Below, piece after piece: positions 10,592-20,304 of a stretch of 64,000 nt of DNA. Origin of the DNA: Candidatus Binatia bacterium (lineage in GTDB: Bacteria > Desulfobacterota > Binatia > UBA9968 > CAXXLF01); NCBI GenBank assembly GCA_963664015.2, contig CAXXLF010000002.1, forward strand, positions 480,001 to 544,000, given 5' to 3'. The stretch's first letter is position 1. Each line of letters starts with the position of its first letter. Made by a program: the position numbers and the translations under genes. Below the pieces are notes generated by a model. The model saw only the letters and a list, made by a program, of their open reading frames with translations, ran no database searches and was not told where the DNA came from.

Positions 10592-11382
10592 TTGCCGACC
10601 ATGTTAAAAGCGATTTTCAGTTATATAAGCGTTTCTTTTGTGCTCGTCAGCTTGCTCGTTCCGGGTGATATCTTGGCCGAAGAAAAAGAACGGATCCAGA
10701 TTATCACTGGTTTTTCCTACGAAGAAGGCGACTTCGGCACCGGTGTGAATTCCAAAACCGTCATCGCCCCTTTCACCCTGCGATATCTGGGAGACCGTTT
10801 CGACCTGGGTCTCACGGTTCCTTTTGTCTATCAGGACTCCGCCGATGCAGTTACCATCGTGGGCGGATGACCGGAACAAATCCGGAATGACCATGTTTCT
10901 TTGGCACTCGATAATCTGACTCCCGGAATCGGCGACCCGGGGCTTGACTCGTTCTTGCCAGGTATAGCACCGTTTGCCAAGGTCAAGTTTCCCACAGCAG
11001 GTGAGAGTTCCGGCCTCGGAACCGGGAAGTCCGACTACGGTTTCGGTATGGAATTCGACAAGCAGATCGATGATTTTTCCCAATTTTCTGATGTCGGCTA
11101 CACTTTCATTGGAGAACCGTCGAATACCAACATACGGGATAAGATCTCGGCGGGAGGGGGGCCGGGTACCGAAATTTTAACAACCTTTTGGCAAGCGTGG
11201 CGCTGGCATGGAGTCGCGCGCTGATTAGGGATAGGGACGACCCCTTGGACATCACCCCCGCCCTTACCTGGAGAATTACCAGGCAGACGAGCTTCAGCCC
11301 CTTTGCCTCCATCGGCCTCTCCGAGGGGAGCCCCGATTTTGGCGTTGGTTTTGCCATTTCCTATCGCTTTTTGCGCTTTTAA
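10592..11382 (+). pseudogene. Outer-membrane beta-barrel transporter-like gene, disrupted
   Basis: Signal peptide, YEEGDFG, in-frame TGA at 10868, KVKFPTA..GLGTG..D, frameshift near 11170, SPDFGVG..YRF end. Confidence 0.7.
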
Positions 11383-11593
11383 GATTCCCCGGCGTTATCC
11401 CCTTACAACTTGATAGGCTCGTCTAATCTTTTGCCATTCACTCGTCTTCTGAGACAATTCTTTGAAGATCTCTATCCCTTCATCCACTTTCATGACCGGC
11501 TCAAGTCCTTATAATTACAGTAATATTCCTATCTAGTCCGATCTGCCTCTTTCTTGCGTTCAATCGGGAAAGCTTTACGAAGGAGGATTTGCA

Positions 11594-12484
11594 ATGAAAG
11601 GCCTCAGTGGAAAGGTAGCCGTGATGTTGATGGTCATATCCCTTGTTATAGGCTTGGGATTCGGCTCGGCACACGCTCAGCAGGAAGTAACCCTAAACGG
11701 AAATGATCTCCCACCAGGTCTCCTGGAGGTCATAAACCGAGAATTTAACAACTCCCAAAATCCTGAACTCAGACAGCTTCAATTCCGCGACCTCAATCTC
11801 ACCAGTAATGAGGCCCTGAAATTATTCCTGGCCAGCGATCCTGATAAACGTATCCTACGTTCGGTTGGTGACGCCCTGAAAAATGAACAGCAAGTCAGAT
11901 TCCAGGGGACCGTGGGGGGCAATCCCTTTGCGACCCGGGTGGAACGGGAAGACGATGGTACGCTCCGACTACGCATGGAGGGGATATATATCAGCGGCAT
12001 GTCCCCGGAACAGCTTGGGAGCTACCTTAACAACGGTTTCGACCGGGTTCGCATACAGGGATTAGGTGACCAGCGGTTTGAGATCAGGAGGCGAGATGAC
12101 GGGACGGTCCGAGCCGAATACAGAGGAATGGACGTTAGCGGGATGACCCCGGGGGAGCTTACGCTTTTAGCCAAAGATAAGGGGCTCGACCGCGTGCGCA
12201 TCCGGGGAGTGGACAAAGACGGGAACCGAGTCCGTATCGAATACCGTCAAGATAAGGGCATCGTGAAGTGGGAAGGTGTCGAACGCGGAGCGACCGAGTT
12301 GAGCCGTGAACTAAACAATGACCATGGCCGGGACCGGGGACCAGACCAGGAGAATAAATTTCGAGATCGTGTTGAGCGCAGCGGCCGGAGCGGCCGTGAC
12401 CGGATTGAGCGGTCGGTACGCGAGCGCGTCGAAAGGCCTGTGCGCGACAGGCGGGAACGCCATGGAGGAAGCGGCAGACACTAG
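11594..12484 (+). CDS. Secreted hypothetical protein with internal repeats and Arg/Glu-rich tail
   Basis: AGGAGG RBS, signal peptide AHA|Q, repeated DDGT..SGMxP..DRVRIxG. Confidence 0.75.
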   Translation: MKGLSGKVAVMLMVISLVIGLGFGSAHAQQEVTLNGNDLPPGLLEVINREFNNSQNPELRQLQFRDLNLTSNEALKLFLASDPDKRILRSVGDALKNEQQVRFQGTVGGNPFATRVEREDDGTLRLRMEGIYISGMSPEQLGSYLNNGFDRVRIQGLGDQRFEIRRRDDGTVRAEYRGMDVSGMTPGELTLLAKDKGLDRVRIRGVDKDGNRVRIEYRQDKGIVKWEGVERGATELSRELNNDHGRDRGPDQENKFRDRVERSGRSGRDRIERSVRERVERPVRDRRERHGGSGRH

Positions 12485-12533
12485 TCAATAATTAGATTCT
12501 AGGATAAGAGGGCGGCGCGTGGTAACCGAGATG

Positions 12534-13304
12534 TTACGAGTCGATCTTCACCGACACTCGCGCTTTTCGAATCCAGATAAAGAACACGGCAAGAGCCAGA
12601 ACCAGCACGCCTAACCCCGAATACAGCCAGCGCTTTTCCATATCCCCCTTGTTAGTAGCGACCGTGGGGTTGGCTTGAAGGGGTTCGTCGATCGCCTTGG
12701 CTTGAATTGGCTCGTTGGCCATGCCCTCATCCTTGAGCAGAGCACCAATGAAGTTTTTTGTCTTTTCCGTGTACCAATCCTTGTACCCCATACTCTTTGC
12801 GATCACATTGCCTTTCCGGCCGATCAAAAAGGTTATGGGAAGGGCATGGACTCCGTAGCGCTGGGCGATTTCACCGTTTTTATCCAAAAGGACCGGGAAG
12901 GTAAACCCGCTCTCTTTCAAATAGGATTGAATGGATTTCTCCTGCTCCATGAAATTTACGGCAACGATCTCCAGTCCGTTCCTTTTAAATTCCTGGTACA
13001 ATTTTTCCATGGAGGGCATCTCGAGGCGGCAGGGAGGACACCAGGTCGCCCAAAAGTTCAACAGAACTAGCTTACCGCTGAGATCATCGGATCCGAGGGA
13101 AACACCCGTCATAGTGGTGGAGCCATAACTGGGAGCCGGATTCGGGTCGGATACCGGCGCGAAGCCCAACTTCTGCATTGCGTCGGGGCCCTGCGCAAAT
13201 AAGGAGACTGGGAACAAGAGCGTGATGATCCATACAATGAATCGGAGCCTAAAAGGACCTTGTAATTGCTGCACACGCATACACTTTGAGGTTAGCATAG
13301 TCAC
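12534..13304 (-). CDS. TlpA/ResA thiol-disulfide oxidoreductase with C-terminal TM anchor
   Basis: LNFWATWCPPCRLEMP, cis-Pro ALPIT. Confidence 0.9.
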   Translation of the reverse strand: MTMLTSKCMRVQQLQGPFRLRFIVWIITLLFPVSLFAQGPDAMQKLGFAPVSDPNPAPSYGSTTMTGVSLGSDDLSGKLVLLNFWATWCPPCRLEMPSMEKLYQEFKRNGLEIVAVNFMEQEKSIQSYLKESGFTFPVLLDKNGEIAQRYGVHALPITFLIGRKGNVIAKSMGYKDWYTEKTKNFIGALLKDEGMANEPIQAKAIDEPLQANPTVATNKGDMEKRWLYSGLGVLVLALAVFFIWIRKARVSVKIDS

Positions 13305-13618
13305 CTTGAAAAATCTCCGGATCTCACAGGCAGCCGGCTTAAAACGCTATTGGAATTATCCTCTAGGGGCCTTTACCCATTAACTTATTTCAGGACGTCC
13401 TTGTTCCCCGAATTCAAAACGGTCCTGAAAGTACCAGCTGCCCCACGAAACACACTCGTCCCCACCGGCTCCAAAAGGGTCAAGGTTGATCGGCCCCCCA
13501 GGCTTCCTGAGGTTCACCGAGGCGTCCTCAAGACCTCACAGTGTACAATTTTCGGTAAATGAACACCGTATGCATTGAAAATTCAGCCAATTTGGGGGCC
13601 TTATTGAGCCCACCGCCT

Positions 13619-13634
13619 GGGCATGAATCTTGCT
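13619..13634 (+). promoter_or_regulatory. Sigma-54 (-24/-12) promoter
   Basis: GGGCATGAATCTTGCT fits TGGCACG-N4-TTGCW spacing, 60 nt upstream of the lipoprotein ATG. Confidence 0.6.
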
Positions 13635-13693
13635 AAACAATCAATAGGTTAAAAATGAGATTCTCGACCAATTGGGGTGAAGGAGCGATACCC

Positions 13694-13822
13694 ATGAACG
13701 CGATCCGCATGACTATAATGGCAGTTATCTTGTGTACCATGTTTGTATTCACATCCGGGTGCGCGGCGCTGCTGTTATTGGGTATCGGCGGGGCGGGCGG
13801 CTATCTGATCCAGCCAAGGTGA
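13694..13822 (+). CDS. Small lipoprotein (42 aa)
   Basis: AGGAG RBS; MNAIRMTIMAVILCTMFVFTSGCAALLLLGIGGAGGYLIQPR; lipobox TSGC. Confidence 0.6.
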   Translation: MNAIRMTIMAVILCTMFVFTSGCAALLLLGIGGAGGYLIQPR

Positions 13823-13937
13823 GGGGCAAGACCGTAAGAACAGCGCTCCCGTGGAGCAGGTCGACGGAAATCAGGTGACCAGCGCGCAGGATAGCAACTT
13901 ACAGGAATTGGCCCTTCAGAGCCGGGGGGGTGGAGCG

Positions 13938-14063
13938 ATGAAGATAGCCTTCATTATAATCGCCGTTTGTATCACTCTGTTAGCAGGCTGCTCTACGGCG
14001 AGACGGATTGCACAGGACGCTGAAAATCTCATGGGTGGAATCAAAAGGTCGATCTCCAACTGA
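13938..14063 (+). CDS. Entericidin A/B-like small lipoprotein
   Basis: GGAG RBS; MKIAFIIIAVCITLLAGCSTARRIAQDAENLMGGIKRSISN; lipobox LAGC. Confidence 0.65.
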   Translation: MKIAFIIIAVCITLLAGCSTARRIAQDAENLMGGIKRSISN

Positions 14064-14070
14064 AAAACTT

Positions 14071-15300
14071 TCAAGATCCCATTCTTTTCTTCATTAAAAA
14101 GTAAAGTTTCCCTTTACTATTCATTTGCCCTGCGAGTGCTGCCGCCTCAGGACCCGCTCCAAAATAAAGGTCGACCCGCTTGAACCCACGAATGGCACTC
14201 CCCGTGTCCTGATTGAGAACGAATCGGCTAAAAGGCTCCCACTTAACCAGATTTCCATCTTTATCGAGAACCGGCCGCTGGGTTACGATAAAGGCCAAGG
14301 CCCCTTTGGGAAATAGACGCGCGTCGGTCGCAATGGACCTCTCCGGGGTCAAAGTCACGCCCAGGCTACCAATCGGCCCATCTTCCAGAAAACGGAAAAA
14401 TACAAATCTTTCATTAGCGGAAAAAACCGTTCCCCGCTCATCCGGATTATCCTTCAAGTAGCGACGCAAGCTTTGCATGGAGACGTCTTTGTACGGAATC
14501 TTCCCCCGTTCGACAAGCAACTGCCCAATACTGGTATAGGGTCTCCCATTGGATGCCGCATAGTTGAGCTGAAGCAGCCGCCCATCCTGCAAACGCAAGA
14601 GACCCGACCCCTGGATATGGAGAAAAAACAGATCCACCGGGTCTTTGCCCCATGCAAGCTCGTACCCCTTGCCATTGAGACGTCCCAGGGTTTCGATGTC
14701 ATGGCGTGAAAAATAAGGGACAAACCGACTGGCCTCGACCCGTCCCAGAACCCGTTCTCGCGCAAGTTCCTCGGCCAGGCCCGAGGGAAGATGATCCCTG
14801 AAACTATTCAGCCTGGCTTCGATTAAGTCCGCGGGCCTTCCATAGATGGGATAGCGATATTCGGCGGTCTTTTCGAGGCTGCCTTCGACTACCGGCTGAT
14901 AGTATCCGGTAAACAGCACATCCGCTTCCGATTCATCGGGAGATTCGAACAGATCGAACTGGGAGTGAATCGCCTCGCGAAAACTCTCCGTGCCATCAGC
15001 ACGATCTAGAATATCCATAAAAGCCATCAGGGATTCCCTCACTTCCCCGGCGGTGAACTTACGTGGCCATTCGCCGACGATCCGCTGCGCAGGGAGGCTG
15101 TCGAGATACTTGAGGCTATGCCCGATGGCCTGACGGATCGATTCACGATCCAGATTGTCTTGAACAAGAAAACGGTCAAGGGATACCTTCGGACCCATAG
15201 GCGGGCACGACGAAAGCAGCATAAGGAAAAGAGGAGCCAGTAGGGTAAATTGCCGCTTACGAACAATATTCGTGATCCATTTGGATTTGGCATTATTCAT
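14071..15300 (-). CDS. mltA: Membrane-bound lytic murein transglycosylase A
   Basis: FTGYYQP, FFLHIQGSG, NGRPYTSIG, QDTGSAIRG..RVDLYFG 3D domain. Confidence 0.92.
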   Translation of the reverse strand: MNNAKSKWITNIVRKRQFTLLAPLFLMLLSSCPPMGPKVSLDRFLVQDNLDRESIRQAIGHSLKYLDSLPAQRIVGEWPRKFTAGEVRESLMAFMDILDRADGTESFREAIHSQFDLFESPDESEADVLFTGYYQPVVEGSLEKTAEYRYPIYGRPADLIEARLNSFRDHLPSGLAEELARERVLGRVEASRFVPYFSRHDIETLGRLNGKGYELAWGKDPVDLFFLHIQGSGLLRLQDGRLLQLNYAASNGRPYTSIGQLLVERGKIPYKDVSMQSLRRYLKDNPDERGTVFSANERFVFFRFLEDGPIGSLGVTLTPERSIATDARLFPKGALAFIVTQRPVLDKDGNLVKWEPFSRFVLNQDTGSAIRGFKRVDLYFGAGPEAAALAGQMNSKGKLYFLMKKRMGS

Positions 15301-15387
15301 GAGTTCTCTTACCTACAAAAGTTTGAGCCACATTGAAAGATAAAATAACTCTTTTCTGGCCGCCAGTGAAGAAGGCATACTCCAAAT

Positions 15388-16895
15388 TTGAAAGAATCGA
15401 CAGGCTGTGAAAGGCTCCAGACTCCCTTGAACGAATTGAGCTCGCTCGATTATACGATTGTTATTCTTTACCTCACGGGGATGATCGCCGTAGGGTTTTG
15501 GATTGCCCGCCGGGTCAAGGGTTTCACCTTGTTTTTCGTTGCCGGCCGTATGATGACGACGCCACTCCTCGTCTCAACATTGGTGTCGACCTACTACGGA
15601 CTGGATGTGACATTCGGGGTTTCCGAAGTGAGGTTTTCAGAAGGAGTGCTCTCCTGGTTTGTTTATACCAGGCCCTATTACATCGGCATCCTGATCGCCA
15701 GCTTTATCCTGATCCGACGTTTGAAAGCATTCCCGTTTCTTTCCTTGCCTGACGTCGCAGAGCACTTCTACGGTAGGGCGGAAAGATTGATGGTTGCTCT
15801 GGCGAGTCTCCTCTATGATCTCCCCTTCCTGGGAATTATGGGGATGGGTATCCTTTTTCGCGTTATTCTGGGGCTCCCAGAGATGCAAGGCTATCTCATC
15901 GGCGCTGCTATTGCTGCTGTTTATACCCTCCTGGGAGGATTGTGGGCCGATGCCATTACAGACACGTTCTAATTTGTCTTGATGTGTATCACATTGGCCA
16001 TCGCCCTCCCCTTCGCTCTTGAGCTAGTGGGTGGATTTCAATGGATGCTGACGCTCATGGATCCAAAATACTTTACCCCAGCCGGTGAAATCCCGTTCCC
16101 CTACCGCATGGCTTTTATCCTGACCGTGCTTAGTGTTTTTGTAGAGCCAACCTTTTACCAGCGGATTTTCCAGCCAAAGACGAGCGCTCGCTCCGAAACG
16201 CTCTCCTCATAAGCATAGTCCTTTGGGCCGCCTACGACTGGGCAGCAACGATCCTGGGAATGGCCGCCGCAGCGACCGTAAAACAAAATATTCTTCTAGC
16301 CAGTCTCGTGGGTCGCGAGGCCCTCATGCAGATGGTTCTCATATCACTACCTATCGGCCTCCAGGGATTCTTTATCGCTGGTATCCTATCGTCAGCTATG
16401 TCAACCGTTGATTCCTACCTCCTGGTGGCAGGCGGTAACCTGTCCTATGATCTGTACCGACCCTTCGTCCGTCCGAACCTGTCAGAAGCTGCACTGCTCA
16501 GATTGACCCGTATCGGTATCCTTATTGTCCTGATCCCCTCTCTCGCAGTTGCCGTCTATTTTTAGCGAATTTCCGACGCCTGGGTGTTTATGCCCACGTT
16601 GCTTACGGCAACGGCCCTAATTCCTATCATGCCTGGACTCTTCCTCCCAGGACAGAGAAAACCCATGGAGGGATTTCTCTATTCCCTATTTGCCCTGGGA
16701 ACCGTAGTCCTCTACTACATCCTTGTGACGTTTCTGGGTCACCCAGAAAACGAAAGCTTTGTGTTAAGGATCTCCCTATTTTCACAACCCTGGGATATCT
16801 GGCGAGAATACAGCTTATTTTTTGCCTTACCCGCTTCCCTATTAGGATTTCTTTTAGGCTCAACTATTAACCGGACCCGGAGAGAGGTGTCATGA
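15388..16895 (+). pseudogene. Sodium:solute symporter (SSS), disrupted
   Basis: LDYTIVILY..FFVAGR..YTLLGGLWADAITD, TAA at 15970, frameshift near 16170, LSSAMSTVDS, TAG at 16563. Confidence 0.85.
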
Positions 16896-17026
16896 GCAGT
16901 TGGAGTATCTGGACCTGGATCGCCATTTTCATCCTTGGTCCGGGGGCGGTGGCGATCTTCATCTGGTTCCTACGGGATGCCAAGAGAATGCTACGGGAGA
17001 TAGACGAACAGAATCCATACGAGTGA
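16892..17026 (+). CDS. Small single-TM protein coupled to the SSS gene
   Basis: ATGA overlap with SSS stop, GAGG RBS; MSSWSIWTWIAIFILGPGAVAIFIWFLRDAKRMLREIDEQNPYE. Confidence 0.6.
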   Translation: MSSWSIWTWIAIFILGPGAVAIFIWFLRDAKRMLREIDEQNPYE

Positions 17027-17086
17027 GAATCTCTCAGGCTACTACCAATATAATGTTCAACAGAACAATTTCAAGAACGTTCTTCA

Positions 17087-17215
17087 TGCCAAGACGCCAA
17101 GGGGCAAAGAAAATTAATTTTCTATTTTCTCTGAACTTGGCGTACTTTGCGTCTTTCCCTCGACTTTGCTCGGGACCCTGAGCCTGTCGATGCGTCGAAG
17201 GGTGCGCGAGTCATC
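17087..17215. repeat. Palindromic AAGACGCCAAG / CTTGGCGTACTTTGCGTCTTT repeat with nested TCGAC..GTCGAAGGG unit
   Basis: Related copies at about 45151-45190 and 51499-51610. Confidence 0.65.
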
Positions 17216-17331
17216 TTGTCCCTAATTTGGAATCCACAATCCAACGGAAAATTTCAAACATGTTTGGTTAGTCCTTACACTCCGTCGAAGTTGTCAATTC
17301 CAATGGAATCCGATAACTTCACGGTAACGCA

Positions 17332-17748
17332 ATGAAGCTCCTCTGTTTTCAAGCAAAGCGATTTTGGTGGAAGACGTATTCCAAGAGCCTATCCGATGTC
17401 CAGGATCAGGATATCGAGAAAGAAGTAAAAGAAGGCTTGATCGTTTTTTTCCATGCCGAGCCTACGGATGAAGAAGAGTCGAGGATGGGTTCGGTCCTAC
17501 GTCACAGCTTAAAGCATATCAAGTGGTTGGCCAACAAGAGAAAGCTTAAGAACATCGTGCTCCATTCCTTTGCCCATCTTGGGGGTGAGGTTGCCTCTCC
17601 CCCCTTTGCTCAGGCCCTGATCGGAGAACTTGCTGAGCGACTGCGAGACACTGACTATCATGTTCAAATCACTCCGTTTGGATATTCCTGCGAATGGGAT
17701 CTCAGTGTGAATGGCGATAGCCTTGCCAAGGTCTGGAAGGAAATCTAA
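17332..17748 (+). CDS. Stand-alone archaeal-type threonyl-tRNA synthetase editing-domain protein
   Basis: MKLL..FFHAE..D..IVLHSFAHL..TPFGY..L.V.G.SLAK pattern. Confidence 0.75.
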   Translation: MKLLCFQAKRFWWKTYSKSLSDVQDQDIEKEVKEGLIVFFHAEPTDEEESRMGSVLRHSLKHIKWLANKRKLKNIVLHSFAHLGGEVASPPFAQALIGELAERLRDTDYHVQITPFGYSCEWDLSVNGDSLAKVWKEI

Positions 17749-17803
17749 CAACGAGAGTTGAATCATAGGGTCATGGGCTCAAATTAATTTTAGGAAGACG
17801 ACA

Positions 17804-19072
17804 ATGATATTTCTCACCAATCAACATATTCAGCAGGTCCTGACCATGGATGCCTGCATCGACGTTATCGAAGAAGCCTACCATGAGTTGGCCGCAGAGC
17901 AGGCCGCCTACCGGCCCAGGATCGACTTTTACGTTCCCCAGGAACCCCACTATTACCGTTGGGGAACCATGGAGGGGGCGTCGCGCAAGCTGGGCGTCAT
18001 GGCCATACGGATGAAATCGGACAAGCTCATCTGGAACCGCGAGGGGGAATTCAAAACCGAGGACAAGTATTGCATCCGCCCAGGAACCTACTGTGGCCTG
18101 GTATTTCTCCTGAGCGTCGGCACCGGTTAACCCCTCGCCTTGATGAACGATGGAATTCTTCAGCACCTGCGTGTGGGCGCCTGCGCTGGATTAGGAGCCA
18201 AATACCTCTCGCGACAGAATTCCAAAGTTTTGGGCATGCTGGGATCCGGCGGCATGGCCCGCACTTATACAGAGGCCATTCGAGCGGTTCACCCCATCGA
18301 ACGGATGAATGTCTTCAGTCCTCCCAAAGCCAATCGAGAGCGATATCCCGAGGAAATAACGCAGCAACTGGGCATCGAGGTGCAGGCGGTCCCCACCGCA
18401 GCACAGGCCGTAAGGGGAGCCGACATTGTCGCACTGGCTACCGACTCCTTGATTCCAGTAATGAACCCCGAATGGGTAGAACCCGGTATGCACGTCACCA
18501 ACGTTCGCTCTAACGAGGTGAATCAGGAACTGCTGGCAAAGATGGATGTTATCGGACGACTGGGTACGGCAACCATGATGATCGATCACCTCCCTGAAGA
18601 CACGATTAACGGCAGTGACGGGATGTTCGCCTATTGCGCCGGAACGGCAGAGAAAAAAGGGCGGATTCCCACCGCTCCTCACCGGGGCGTCGACAACCCC
18701 AAGATCGGCACCCTGCCGGACCTGATGGCAAAGCGCTGGGCAGGGAGAACCAACGAGCAGCAGATCACCTTCCTCAACAATCAGGGAACCCAGGGGCTCC
18801 AGTTTGCTGCCGTCGGGGCCAAGGTCTACGAATTGGCCACCGCTCCCATCGCCATCGACAACCATTTTACCACTTGGAAACGTTACGGAACCCGCTACTG
18901 GCCAACGCTCCACATTATCGACAAGAAGGGAATCATCCGCCATACGCGCTTCGGTGAGGGCGGGTACAATGAGATCGAATCCGTTCTGGAGCGCCTGCTC
19001 GAAGAGCGTTGGAAAAATTCTGTCACACCCGCTATCCTAAAAGAATGGACGGATTGCATTGCACAATGGTAA
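17804..19072 (+). pseudogene. Ornithine cyclodeaminase/mu-crystallin family gene with in-frame stop, fused to a DipZ-like thioredoxin tail
   Basis: TAA at 18128; LGSGGMA, ADIVALAT, GLQFAAVG; after about 18840 IAIDN..TWKRYGTRYWPTLHIIDKKG..FGEGGY. Confidence 0.8.
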
Positions 19073-19116
19073 GGTTTTCCTAATCAAGACGAATAACACA
19101 GGAGGATGATCCATAA

Positions 19117-19611
19117 ATGCCGAAACTTAAGGCTATTCTCGGGCTAATTGTTGCCATCGCCCTCGTTACGGGATGGTATCTGTTTCGACCTGAGCTTATG
19201 TTCATTAATAAGACCGTGAATGAACAGCTTCAAGGGATGCCCTCGACCCAAACGACCGACCGATTGTCCATACCCAGTACCCTTGCGGCCGGGCGCTTTC
19301 ATAGCCTGGCCCATGAGACTCAGGGAGTGGCGACTCTCTACCGCCTGCCCGACGGAAAATTGATCCTTCGACTCACCGAGTTCAAGACCTCCAATGGTCC
19401 CGACGTTCGCGTTTACCTAGTCGCCGCCCCCGACTCCAATGATGACGCTACCGTTACCAAATCAGGATTTATCGATCTTGGCCGAATGAAGGGCAACATG
19501 GGCAATCAAAACTATGAACTCCCTCCCGATACCGACCTGAGTCGTTACCGCTCGGTCAGTATCTGGTGCTACCGCTTCGGCGTCAATTTCGGGGCCGCAC
19601 CGCTCGCATAA
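19117..19611 (+). CDS. DM13 domain protein
   Basis: H.T.G.A..NGPDVRVYL..LG.MKGN.G.QNY..VSIWC.RFGVNFG. Confidence 0.9.
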   Translation: MPKLKAILGLIVAIALVTGWYLFRPELMFINKTVNEQLQGMPSTQTTDRLSIPSTLAAGRFHSLAHETQGVATLYRLPDGKLILRLTEFKTSNGPDVRVYLVAAPDSNDDATVTKSGFIDLGRMKGNMGNQNYELPPDTDLSRYRSVSIWCYRFGVNFGAAPLA

Positions 19612-19822
19612 CCATCCGGGAAATCGGTTGTAATCCATGGACGATATCACCATGGACAGCTTGCAAGATACTCCGAGAAAGGGCCTGCAATATGGAGACC
19701 TGATTCTTGCGATAATCCAGTCCGCTCTGACTACTCCCGTTGAGAGGATGGTTGAGAACAATCCTAACGGGACTTGAAGTTATTTTCGGTCTTGCTTGTA
19801 ATAAACATACAGGGGAGGGAAC

Positions 19823-20299
19823 ATGATTGCTAAAGACTCCGTGTTCTATCAGTGGATCGCAGGTCTGGTGAGAGACCTGGATCAGCTGCAATGGATCCCA
19901 ATCCTGCTGGTTAGGATTTCCATTGGTTTACTCTTTTTGGAATCCGGTAGAGGCAAGCTTTTCGTCAAATTCGAGGAATTCACGGATTTTTTCGTCCAGT
20001 TGGGAGTCCCCTTCCCGCACTTCAACGCGCTCTTTGTCGCTGCTACTGAATTCGTCGGGGGGACCTGCCTGATTGTCGGAGTGGCCACTCGTCTCTTTTC
20101 CGCACCTTTGGCTTGTATCATGCTAGTTGCGATTGTAATACCAGAGATCAAGAAAGTAAGCACGTTAGGTGATTTCCTTTATCTACCTGAGGTATCTCTC
20201 CTGGCTATTTTTGTCTGGTTGGTGTTCTCGGGACCGGGCAAGATCAGCATCGACACCATGATGTCGCGCTGGTTCGGATTCGAAGATCAAAAGGTTTAA
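19823..20299 (+). CDS. DoxX family membrane protein
   Basis: LLVRI..SG.GKL..EFVGG..G..TR..GPGKISID. Confidence 0.88.
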   Translation: MIAKDSVFYQWIAGLVRDLDQLQWIPILLVRISIGLLFLESGRGKLFVKFEEFTDFFVQLGVPFPHFNALFVAATEFVGGTCLIVGVATRLFSAPLACIMLVAIVIPEIKKVSTLGDFLYLPEVSLLAIFVWLVFSGPGKISIDTMMSRWFGFEDQKV

Positions 20300-20304
20300 C
20301 GACA

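Noticed and set aside
10868-10870. In-frame TGA in the beta-barrel gene as selenocysteine
   Set aside because: Not a Cys/redox position (GG*PE, probably CGA to TGA), and the gene is also frameshifted
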